This document shows, in pieces, positions 26,427 to 34,197 of a stretch of DNA of 52,097 bases. The notes below the pieces were generated by a model. That model saw nothing but the letters and a program-made list of their open reading frames with translations, made no database searches and was not told the DNA's origin. The stretch's first letter is position 1. Every line of letters begins with the position of its first letter. The translations under genes were made by a program, and so were the position numbers. Source of the stretch: Minisyncoccota bacterium (GTDB taxonomy: Bacteria > Patescibacteriota > Minisyncoccia > UBA6257); the NCBI GenBank assembly GCA_028711005.1, contig JAQTTC010000002.1:1-52097 (forward strand), written 5' to 3'.

Positions 26427-26486
26427 TTTTCTTACCTCCTTAAACTATAAAAATTTTCAAGTTGCAACTGATTTTTAATTTAAAAA

Positions 26487-26515
26487 ATAATACCACTAAT
26501 AACTTTTTTAGTCAA
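26487..26515 (-). promoter_or_regulatory. candidate sigma-70 promoter of the pyrE/small-protein operon
   Basis: On the minus strand: TTGACT (26510-26515), a 17-nt spacer, TGG-TATTAT (TATTAT at 26487-26492). It lies just downstream of the rpsI terminator. Confidence 0.55.
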
Positions 26516-26519
26516 TATT

Positions 26520-26544
26520 AAAATGCCTACTTAATAGGCATTTT
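26520..26544 (-). terminator. hairpin terminator after rpsI
   Basis: aatgccta (26522-26529) pairs with taggcatt (26535-26542) around a 5-nt loop and is extendable by flanking A/T pairs. It lies about 20 nt after the rpsI stop. Confidence 0.5.
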
Positions 26545-26563
26545 AATTAAACATTTAATTTTT

Positions 26564-27025
26564 TTATCGTTTACTCCATTGAGCGGCTTTTCTTGCTTTT
26601 TTCAATCCATATTTCTTTCTTTCAACTACTCGGGAATCCCTAGTTAAGAAACCTTTTTTTCTAAGAGTTGATTTGAACTTTTTTTCATCAATCTTAACTA
26701 GGCAACGACTTATTCCTAATCTAATAGCTTCTGCCTGCCCAAACAGTCCCCCTCCTTTTACTTTTACTGAAATGAAAAAATTCTTTTCTAAATCAGTTGA
26801 TTTCAAAGGGCTTAATATCTTCTGATGATGCCTTTCTAAAGGAAAATACTCTTCCATTGTTTTTTCATTGATAATAATACCGGGCTTGTCTTTAAAAAGC
26901 CTAACTCGAGCAACAGCCTCTTTCCTTCTACCAACTGCCTCAATATATTTTTTTCCTTTGGTTGTTGCTGTTTTTTTCTCTTCTTCCTTAGCTTCTGTTG
27001 TTTTTTTTGTCTTTTTTTCTACCAT
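26564..27025 (-). CDS. rpsI: 30S ribosomal protein S9 (with Lys/Glu-rich N-terminal extension)
   Basis: GRRKEAVARVRL ... GGGLFGQAEAIRLGISRCL ... LTRDSRVVERKKYGLKKARKAAQWSKR. Confidence 0.95.
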   Translation of the reverse strand: MVEKKTKKTTEAKEEEKKTATTKGKKYIEAVGRRKEAVARVRLFKDKPGIIINEKTMEEYFPLERHHQKILSPLKSTDLEKNFFISVKVKGGGLFGQAEAIRLGISRCLVKIDEKKFKSTLRKKGFLTRDSRVVERKKYGLKKARKAAQWSKR

Positions 27026-27045
27026 AAATTAAGTATTAAGTTATT

Positions 27046-27408
27046 TTATAAACGAATATCTAATCTTTTCATTCTTTTACTGCGTAACTTATTTTTCGGC
27101 AACATTCCTCGAACAGCCATTTGAAGAACTTTTTTAGGATCTTTTTCCCACATCTTTTCCAAACTAGTTTCTTTTAAATGACCAATATAGCCTGTATGTT
27201 TATAATAAATTTTTGTTTTAGATTTAGTTTCTCTAAAGGGTTTTATTTTACTAAAATTCTCTACCACTACAAATGTTTCTCCTTCTTTATTAGGAGCATA
27301 TTCTGGCTTATGCTTATCTTGAAGTAAAACAGCAATTCTTGAAGCTATCCTTCCTAAAGACTGACTTTCAGCATCTATAGTAACAATATTTTTATTCTGT
27401 TTTTCCAT
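27046..27408 (-). CDS. rplM: 50S ribosomal protein L13
   Basis: IDAESQSLGRIASRIAVLLQDKHKPEY ... AVRGMLPKNKL. It overlaps the rplQ 3' end by 17 nt. Confidence 0.9.
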   Translation of the reverse strand: MEKQNKNIVTIDAESQSLGRIASRIAVLLQDKHKPEYAPNKEGETFVVVENFSKIKPFRETKSKTKIYYKHTGYIGHLKETSLEKMWEKDPKKVLQMAVRGMLPKNKLRSKRMKRLDIRL

Positions 27409-27838
27409 TATTCTTTAATTTATTTTCTTTATTTTTCACGTTTTCTACTTGTTTTTTCTCTTTGTCAACGCTTTCCTTTAAAGGTTTTTCAACTAATTCT
27501 AAAATTACTATTAGAGAGGCATCCCTAACTTTTCTTTTTGCTGTTTTAATAATTCTAGTATAGCCACCTCTTCTTTTTTTATATAAGGGTGCGATTTCAT
27601 AATACACCTTATTTGCTGCTTTTTCCGGAAGCTTCTTTTTCAAGCTTCTTAAAGCAGCTAGATCTTGTTTCTTCGCAAGAGTTATCAATTTTTCTACAAT
27701 AATTTTTGTTTCTTTAGCTTTTTCTAAAGTTGTTTGAATCTTTTCTTGTAATATTAAGTTAGCAGCCAAACTTTTAAGTAATGCTTTTCTCTGATCTCTT
27801 TTTCTATGAAATTTTCTTCCTTTTTTTAAATGTTTCAT
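27392..27838 (-). CDS. rplQ: 50S ribosomal protein L17 (with Lys/Glu-rich C-terminal tail)
   Basis: MKHLKKGRKFHRKRDQRKALLKSLAANLILQEKIQTTLEKAKE ... GGYTRIIK. Confidence 0.93.
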   Translation of the reverse strand: MKHLKKGRKFHRKRDQRKALLKSLAANLILQEKIQTTLEKAKETKIIVEKLITLAKKQDLAALRSLKKKLPEKAANKVYYEIAPLYKKRRGGYTRIIKTAKRKVRDASLIVILELVEKPLKESVDKEKKQVENVKNKENKLKNNGKTE

Positions 27839-28776
27839 TTTAAAGTATACTCTAAATCTTTAATAATCTTTTTAACTTCATCTAAAGACTTTTCTCCTAA
27901 GCCTTCAAGTTCAGATAAAGTCTCTTCTCGATATCTCAAAAGACCAGCTAATGTTTTAATTCCATTATTAATCAAAGCTTTTTTTGTTCGTTGGCTTAAA
28001 TCTAATTCTTCAATCAAAATATCTTTTGGTTCTTTTTTTTGCTTTTTTGAAAGACCTTTCTTTTCTTCCTTAGGCAATTGTTTTGATTCTTCAGGAATAA
28101 ATTTTTCTTCTATTAATTTAAAATGATCTTTTAAAATAATAGCTGCTTGACCTAAAGCTTCTTCAGCTGAAACAGAACCATCCGTTTCTATAGTAATAAT
28201 TAAACGATTATAATTAGTCTTTTCTCCAACTCTCATATCTTCTACTTGAAAATTAATTTTTTGAACTGGAGAAAAAATAGCATCAACAGCAATAGTACCA
28301 ATAGGTATTTTTTCTTCTTTTCTTTCTTCTACCTGAGAATAACCTAATCCTTTTTCAACTACCACTTCTAAATCTAATTTCCCTTTTTTACTAGTACTAT
28401 TGGCTATTACTAATTCAGGATTCATTATCTCCACCATAGTATTAGGATCAAAATCTTTAGCCGTTATTTCTTTTTCTCCTTCTACCTTTAATTTTAATAC
28501 CTGAGACTCCTCACCATGAAGCTTAACTCTTAATTGTTTTAGATTAAGCATAATATCTAAAACACTTTCTTGAATATTTGGAATTGTTGAAAACTCATGA
28601 TGAACTCCTTTAATTTTAAAAGAAGTAACTGCTGCACCTTCTATAGAAGAAAGCAAAACACGTCTCAAAGCGTTTCCAATTGTCAATCCATAACCAGGAT
28701 ACAAACCTTCTATCGCAAATTTTTCATAATTTGCTTTTTTTTCAATGCTTTTTATTGATAAAGGTAAATGAAACAT
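27835..28776 (-). CDS. rpoA: DNA-directed RNA polymerase subunit alpha
   Basis: N-terminal domain GYGLTIGNALRRVLLSSIEGAAVTS and C-terminal domain IEELDLSQRTKKALINNGIKTLAGLL. Canonical position between rpsD and rplQ. Confidence 0.95.
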   Translation of the reverse strand: MFHLPLSIKSIEKKANYEKFAIEGLYPGYGLTIGNALRRVLLSSIEGAAVTSFKIKGVHHEFSTIPNIQESVLDIMLNLKQLRVKLHGEESQVLKLKVEGEKEITAKDFDPNTMVEIMNPELVIANSTSKKGKLDLEVVVEKGLGYSQVEERKEEKIPIGTIAVDAIFSPVQKINFQVEDMRVGEKTNYNRLIITIETDGSVSAEEALGQAAIILKDHFKLIEEKFIPEESKQLPKEEKKGLSKKQKKEPKDILIEELDLSQRTKKALINNGIKTLAGLLRYREETLSELEGLGEKSLDEVKKIIKDLEYTLK

Positions 28777-28801
28777 ATTAATAAATATTTTAAAAATTTA
28801 A

Positions 28802-29419
28802 TTATCTGCTATAGAACTCTACAATTGAAGTAAAATCAAATGGTAATTGTAGCTCTTGCAAATCTGGCTCAGCAATAATTTTACCCTCCATTTTTTTCTC
28901 ATCCACCTGAAGATGTTTTGGTGGATTGTATTTCTTCATTGTTTCTTTTATTGCCTTGAATGGTTCTTTATTTAAACTTTGAGGTCTAATAGAAATGATA
29001 TCTCCTTTTTTAAGAATACTAGAAGGAACATCATGCCTTCTTCCATTCAATAAAAAATGACCATGACTAGCTAGATGACGAGCACTTGTTCTTGAAGGAG
29101 CAAATCCTAAACGAAAAATAGTATTATCAAATCGGTTTTCTAATAATTGAGCAAAAGCATCTGGAGTAGATGTTTCTTTCTTAAGAGCTAATTTAAAATA
29201 TCTTCTAAATTGTTGCTCTCTTATTCCATAAGTTAGCTTAACTTTCTGTTTTTCAATTAACTGTTTACCATAAGCAGTTGGAGCTTTTCTTCTTTTCTGC
29301 TTTCCAGAAATAGCAAAGCCTCTCCTTATTAAGGCACATTTCGGAGTAAAACATCTTTCTCCTTTTAAGAACAGTTTTTCTCCAACTGCCCTACATTTTT
29401 TACACTTATTATCTAACAT
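28802..29419 (-). CDS. rpsD: 30S ribosomal protein S4 (zinc-ribbon type N-terminus)
   Basis: CKKCRAVGEKLFLKGERCFTPKC four-Cys N-terminus, YGIREQQFRRYF, and S4 RNA-binding domain RLGFAPSRTSARHLASHGHFLLNGRRHDVPS. Confidence 0.95.
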   Translation of the reverse strand: MLDNKCKKCRAVGEKLFLKGERCFTPKCALIRRGFAISGKQKRRKAPTAYGKQLIEKQKVKLTYGIREQQFRRYFKLALKKETSTPDAFAQLLENRFDNTIFRLGFAPSRTSARHLASHGHFLLNGRRHDVPSSILKKGDIISIRPQSLNKEPFKAIKETMKKYNPPKHLQVDEKKMEGKIIAEPDLQELQLPFDFTSIVEFYSR

Positions 29420-29446
29420 ACCAATTTGATTAAAAAATTTATTTTA

Positions 29447-29890
29447 TTATACTCTTCTTGGTTTTTTAGGCCGAGGACCATTATGAGGAACAGGAGTTAC
29501 ATCTTTAACCATTGTTATATCTAACCCTTGATTAGCAAAAGAACGAATAGCCATATCTCGACCACCACCAATACCTTTTAAATAAACCTCTACAGTTTTT
29601 AATCCAGTCTTTTTAATTTTTTCCATTAAAACGCCTACAACTTTTGAAGCAGCAAAAGGAGTAGCTTTCTTAGGTCCTCTAAATCCTAAAGATCCTGCTG
29701 AAGACCAAGCAATAGCATTACCTTTTAAATCAGTGATAAGAATAACTGTATTGTTATAAGAAGCATTAACATAAATCCTCCCTTTTTCTATTGTTTTTTT
29801 GATTGAGGACTTTGATTTTGCAGAAGAAAATTTATCTTCTGCCTTACCGCTTTCTTCACCTGTTTTAGTAATAACTCTTTTTTTTCCCAT
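29447..29890 (-). CDS. rpsK: 30S ribosomal protein S11
   Basis: GRIYVNASYNNTVILITDLKGNAIAWSSAGSLGFRGPKKATPFAA ... GGGRDMAIRSF ... DVTPVPHNGPRPKKPRRV. Confidence 0.95.
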   Translation of the reverse strand: MGKKRVITKTGEESGKAEDKFSSAKSKSSIKKTIEKGRIYVNASYNNTVILITDLKGNAIAWSSAGSLGFRGPKKATPFAASKVVGVLMEKIKKTGLKTVEVYLKGIGGGRDMAIRSFANQGLDITMVKDVTPVPHNGPRPKKPRRV

Positions 29891-29905
29891 AAGAATATAT
29901 ATTTA

Positions 29906-30298
29906 TTATGTTGGGCTTACCGCTTTTCTTTTCCCTGAACCTACGGTTCTTCTTACATTACCTCTTGTGGTTCTTGAGTTTCTTTTTGTTCTTTGTCCTT
30001 TTGTTGGCAACCTTTTAATATGTCTTGTTCCTCGATAGCTGCTTATATTAATCAATCTTTTTATATTAACTCTTACTTCTCTTTTCAAATCACCTTCAGT
30101 TTTAATTTCTTTTTTCTCAAGAATTTCTTTAATAGTATTTAATTCCGCTGGAGTTAAATCTTTTGCTTTTTTTGTAAAATCAATACCCGCTTCTTTTAAA
30201 AGCTCCTCGGATAAATATTTCCCTATTCCATAGATATAAGTAAGGGCAATATTAATATTTTTATTGTCTGGAATATTAATTCCTAAAAAACGAACCAT
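29906..30298 (-). CDS. rpsM: 30S ribosomal protein S13
   Basis: MVRFLGINIPDNKNINIALTYIYGIG ... SYRGTRHIKRLPTKGQRTKRNSRT. Confidence 0.95.
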   Translation of the reverse strand: MVRFLGINIPDNKNINIALTYIYGIGKYLSEELLKEAGIDFTKKAKDLTPAELNTIKEILEKKEIKTEGDLKREVRVNIKRLINISSYRGTRHIKRLPTKGQRTKRNSRTTRGNVRRTVGSGKRKAVSPT

Positions 30299-30322
30299 AA
30301 AATTATTGTTTTTAAAAATAAT

Positions 30323-30436
30323 TTAACCCTGTCTTTGTTTATGTTTAGGGTTAGTACAAATTACATATAAGCGACCTTTTCTTCTCACTATTTTACAGTT
30401 TCTGCAAAGTTTTTTTACTGAAGCTCTAACTTTCAT
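30323..30436 (-). CDS. rpmJ: 50S ribosomal protein L36 (zinc type), not in supplied track
   Basis: My minus-strand translation gives [37 protein letters not shown]. Canonical position between infA and rpsM. Confidence 0.93.
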   Translation of the reverse strand: MKVRASVKKLCRNCKIVRRKGRLYVICTNPKHKQRQG

Positions 30437-30479
30437 AATATTTCATAATAATTGAAGGTTTTATCTAAAGAAAACCCCT

Positions 30480-30701
30480 TTATAGCCGATAAACAATACG
30501 ACCGCGAGTAGAATCATAAGGCGACATCTCAACTACAACCTTGTCGCCAGGAAGAACTTTAATAAAATGAAGACGAAGCTTGCCAGCTAAGTGAGCTAAA
30601 ACTTCTTCCCCTCCTTCATTCAAGCGAACGCGAAACATAGTATTTCGTAAAGACTCGACAATAACTCCTTCTTTACGAATCGCTTCTTTTTTCTGTGCCA
30701 T
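30480..30701 (-). CDS. infA: translation initiation factor IF-1
   Basis: [62 protein letters not shown] (S1-like fold). Confidence 0.95.
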   Translation of the reverse strand: MAQKKEAIRKEGVIVESLRNTMFRVRLNEGGEEVLAHLAGKLRLHFIKVLPGDKVVVEMSPYDSTRGRIVYRL

Positions 30702-30733
30702 AAAGTGTTATTAGTTTATCAAAATAACGTATT

Positions 30734-32194
30734 TTAGTCAATATTTGCCTCTTCTTCAAAGTCAGCATCAATTAAAATATTAATTTTTTGCAAAGAGTTA
30801 GGAACTTTTTTAATCCAAAAAGGCCAAAACTTTATTTTTACTTCATCAATCCCAGGATTATTCTTAAAAATTTCATCTAATTCTTCTTGATTTTTTCCAA
30901 TAACCGAACTTTTTATTTCATCTAAATCAAGCTGATGACATAAGGTTTGATTAACTTTTATAGTCACCTTAAGAGTTCCTTTATCAAAATCTGTTTCCAG
31001 ATCTGAATATTCTATTTCTAAATCCTTACAAAAATTATAATTTTCGTCTCTATCTTCTTCTAAAACTCCCTGAACATATTTAATAATATTATTTTCATCA
31101 AAAGCAATAACTTTTACCGTCATTTCTGCTTCAACAGTAAATTTATCTACATAATCGCCTAATTCAGCATTACTGCTTAGCTTGCTAATATTAACACCAC
31201 TTTTTGCTCCTGTTAAAATTGTTAATCCTTGAGGAACTTTATTTTCTAAGTCTTGGTTTATTGAATTTATTACTTTATCTAAAATAACACTCTCTGCATT
31301 TTTAATATCTTCTGAAGAAACTACTGGTACTGAGCCTGAACTACCTCCAGCCATTGCATTTTTAGAAACCCCATAAAAACCATCAAACTCTGGCATTCCT
31401 TTAAACCCAGGAATACTAAATTTACAATCAGGTAAATTACAAGCTTCTATATTATAGTCTGCCCCAGGTTGATCAGCTGTAACTTTTACATCTATTGTTG
31501 AAGGAACTAATTTCCCATTTTCAGTAGTTGCTCCAGGAACAACAGTTCTAGAATCTAAACGAAATATTTTATGATCAGGTGTTTCAAAACGAGTTGTTGC
31601 TACTAAAATCTGCGGTGAAGTAGAGTAGTTGTTATAAATTGTAATTATACCTTTTGCTTTTTTTTCATCTTTGCCTTGACCAGTACTTGTAAATTCCTCT
31701 GTTTCCGTAGAATTAAAAGAAAATAGATTACCGGGAATTATTGCTTTAGTAGTATCAATTGAAGAAACATTAGTATCAACTAAAATCTCTTTTGAAAAAG
31801 GAATTTCCATCTTCCGGCTACTAATCAGGATTTCAGCTCGAGCTAACCCTATAAACCCTAAATAATACAAAAATGCCAGAGTAACTGGAATCATAAAATA
31901 CATAAACATTCTTAATCCTTTTTTCTTTTTCTCTTGTGATGAAGAATCAATAATCATTGGTTCTTCTGACTGTTTTTCTTCTCTTATTTTTTTAATCTCT
32001 TCTTGCGTTTCTGGACTAGTTTCCATTCGTGTAATCATGATTGATTCTTCTTTCATGCTTAAGCTTATTTCATTTTCTTCTTGTATTTCTGGCTCTTCAT
32101 TTTCTTCAATCTCTTCAGAAAAAAAATTAGACTTCAATTCATGAGGCGAAAAAATATCTTTAACTTTTTTTCTTTTTTGTGGAGAATTTTCCAT
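30734..32194 (-). CDS. hypothetical bitopic membrane protein with acidic N-terminus and large extracytoplasmic beta-rich domain
   Basis: 486 aa. The Glu-rich cytoplasmic head is followed by one TM helix (MFMYFMIPVTLAFLYYLGFIGL) and about 370 aa with no catalytic motif I recognise. Confidence 0.7.
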   Translation of the reverse strand: MENSPQKRKKVKDIFSPHELKSNFFSEEIEENEEPEIQEENEISLSMKEESIMITRMETSPETQEEIKKIREEKQSEEPMIIDSSSQEKKKKGLRMFMYFMIPVTLAFLYYLGFIGLARAEILISSRKMEIPFSKEILVDTNVSSIDTTKAIIPGNLFSFNSTETEEFTSTGQGKDEKKAKGIITIYNNYSTSPQILVATTRFETPDHKIFRLDSRTVVPGATTENGKLVPSTIDVKVTADQPGADYNIEACNLPDCKFSIPGFKGMPEFDGFYGVSKNAMAGGSSGSVPVVSSEDIKNAESVILDKVINSINQDLENKVPQGLTILTGAKSGVNISKLSSNAELGDYVDKFTVEAEMTVKVIAFDENNIIKYVQGVLEEDRDENYNFCKDLEIEYSDLETDFDKGTLKVTIKVNQTLCHQLDLDEIKSSVIGKNQEELDEIFKNNPGIDEVKIKFWPFWIKKVPNSLQKINILIDADFEEEANID

Positions 32195-32251
32195 TATTTT
32201 TTAAAATTTAATTTAGTATAGCATAAATACACAAATCATGACAAGATATTT

Positions 32252-34174
32252 TTATTCTAAAATAGCTTTAACCCTTCTAATGCCTGCTCCTGATGATTCT
32301 TGCTTTATAATCTTAAAATAACCAAGATTACCAATTGACTTTACATGAGGACCCCCACAGATTTCTTTTGAAAAAAAATTATCTTTCTCTCCTATAGTAT
32401 AGACTTTAACTTTTTCTCCATACTTTGATTCAAAAACCCCGCTTGCTCCTTGTTTTTTTGCATCTTCTAAGGACATTTCTTCAAAAGTAATTGGTAAATT
32501 ATTTTTAATTGCTTTATTAACTATTTCTTCTATCTCCTTGATTTGTTCATTAGTTAATTTTTCAGAATGAGAAAAATCAAAACGCAATCTTTCAGCAGTA
32601 ATATTAGAACCTTTTTGCTCCACATGATTTCCTAACACTTTTCTTAGAGCAGCTAACAAAAGATGGCAAGCAGTATGAAGTTTTGTAGTTTGCTCAGAAG
32701 TATCAGCTAATCCACCTTTAAATTTACCAGCTGCAGCAGTTCGAGAAAGTTCTTGATGTTTTTTAATTTCTTCTTGAAATAAATTTAAGAAATTTTCTTC
32801 CATATCTTTTGATATAGGAACTCCTCCATATTGAATTCTTTTCTTATTTATTTCTTCAATACTTAGCTCCACAGGAAAACCATATGTTTGATATAAATTA
32901 AATAAATTTTCTACTTCTAAATAAAATTCTTTAAAATCACCTTTATAATGACTAAACAATTTTTCAAATTCTTTTAATCCTTTTTCTAGTGTTTTACCAA
33001 ATTTAATTTCTTCTTTTTCTAAATTATTCATTATAAACTTAGAATTTTTAAACAATTCAGGATAGACTGATTTATAATCATCAATAATAACTTGGGATAC
33101 TTCCTGAATCCATAAATCTTTTTTAATATCTAGCTGTCTACCATAACGAATAGCTCTTCTAATTAAACGACGAACAATATATCCTTGGTCAATATTAGAA
33201 GGCATCACTCCTTTATCATCACCCATAATAAAAGTGGCTGCCCTGAGATGATCAGCAATTACTTCAAATGCTGACATATTATCTGCATATTTTAATCCTG
33301 ACAAATCTTCAATTTTTTTAATAATATTAATAAATAAATCTGTTTCAAAAATATTATTTTTACCTTGTAAAACCATTGAAATCCTTTCTAACCCACCACC
33401 AAAATCTACATTCTTTTGAGGTAAAGGATCAAACCTCTTCTCTGAACGAATAAATTCTATAAAAACGCTATTACCAATTTCAATAAAACGCCCACAACCA
33501 CAATTAATATGACAAGGTTGGTCTTTGTACTCAGAATTTTCATGTCTTTTTAAGTCTTCTCCTAAATCATAAAAAATTTCACTATCTGGTCCACCAATCT
33601 CTCCAATTGGCATATTGACAGGAATTCCTGAGCGTGACCACCAATTTTTAGTTTCATCATAATAAAAAATACGACCATCCTGCATTCCATTTTTTTCAGC
33701 AAAATCTATATCATTAGCTTCAATATTATAATTTTTAAAAATATCTTTCCAAATCTCAACTGATTTTGAATCTTTTTCAATACCGATTTCTTTATTTCCT
33801 CTAAAAACAGAGACATAAAGTCTTTTTGGGTCTAGCTGTATTTCTTTAACTAAAAATTCAAAAATCCAATTTAATTGTTCTTTTTTGAAATAATCGCCTA
33901 AAGACCAATTGCCCATCATCTCAAAGAAAGTAGTATGTCGATTGTCTCCTACTTCTTCAATGTCTTCAGCTCGAAATGATTTTTGAATATCAACTAATCT
34001 TTTCCCTTGAGAGTGAGGCTCTCCCATTAAATAAGGCACCAAGGGTTGCATTCCAGAACCAGTAAATAGAGTTGTCGAATCGTTTTCTGGAATTAAAGAA
34101 GCTGAAGGAATAATTTTGTGCCCTCTTTCTTCAAAAAACTTTAAAAATTTATTTCTTAATTCTTTAGAACCCAT
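32252..34174 (-). CDS. alaS: alanyl-tRNA synthetase, short form lacking the C-terminal C-Ala/DHHA1 region
   Basis: Class II core FFEERGHKIIPSASL, FTGSGMQPLVPY. Editing-domain motifs HTACHLLLAAL and CGGPHV. The protein ends about 30 aa after the latter (640 aa). Confidence 0.9.
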   Translation of the reverse strand: MGSKELRNKFLKFFEERGHKIIPSASLIPENDSTTLFTGSGMQPLVPYLMGEPHSQGKRLVDIQKSFRAEDIEEVGDNRHTTFFEMMGNWSLGDYFKKEQLNWIFEFLVKEIQLDPKRLYVSVFRGNKEIGIEKDSKSVEIWKDIFKNYNIEANDIDFAEKNGMQDGRIFYYDETKNWWSRSGIPVNMPIGEIGGPDSEIFYDLGEDLKRHENSEYKDQPCHINCGCGRFIEIGNSVFIEFIRSEKRFDPLPQKNVDFGGGLERISMVLQGKNNIFETDLFINIIKKIEDLSGLKYADNMSAFEVIADHLRAATFIMGDDKGVMPSNIDQGYIVRRLIRRAIRYGRQLDIKKDLWIQEVSQVIIDDYKSVYPELFKNSKFIMNNLEKEEIKFGKTLEKGLKEFEKLFSHYKGDFKEFYLEVENLFNLYQTYGFPVELSIEEINKKRIQYGGVPISKDMEENFLNLFQEEIKKHQELSRTAAAGKFKGGLADTSEQTTKLHTACHLLLAALRKVLGNHVEQKGSNITAERLRFDFSHSEKLTNEQIKEIEEIVNKAIKNNLPITFEEMSLEDAKKQGASGVFESKYGEKVKVYTIGEKDNFFSKEICGGPHVKSIGNLGYFKIIKQESSGAGIRRVKAILE

Positions 34175-34197
34175 AATTATTATATAATCAAGATAAT

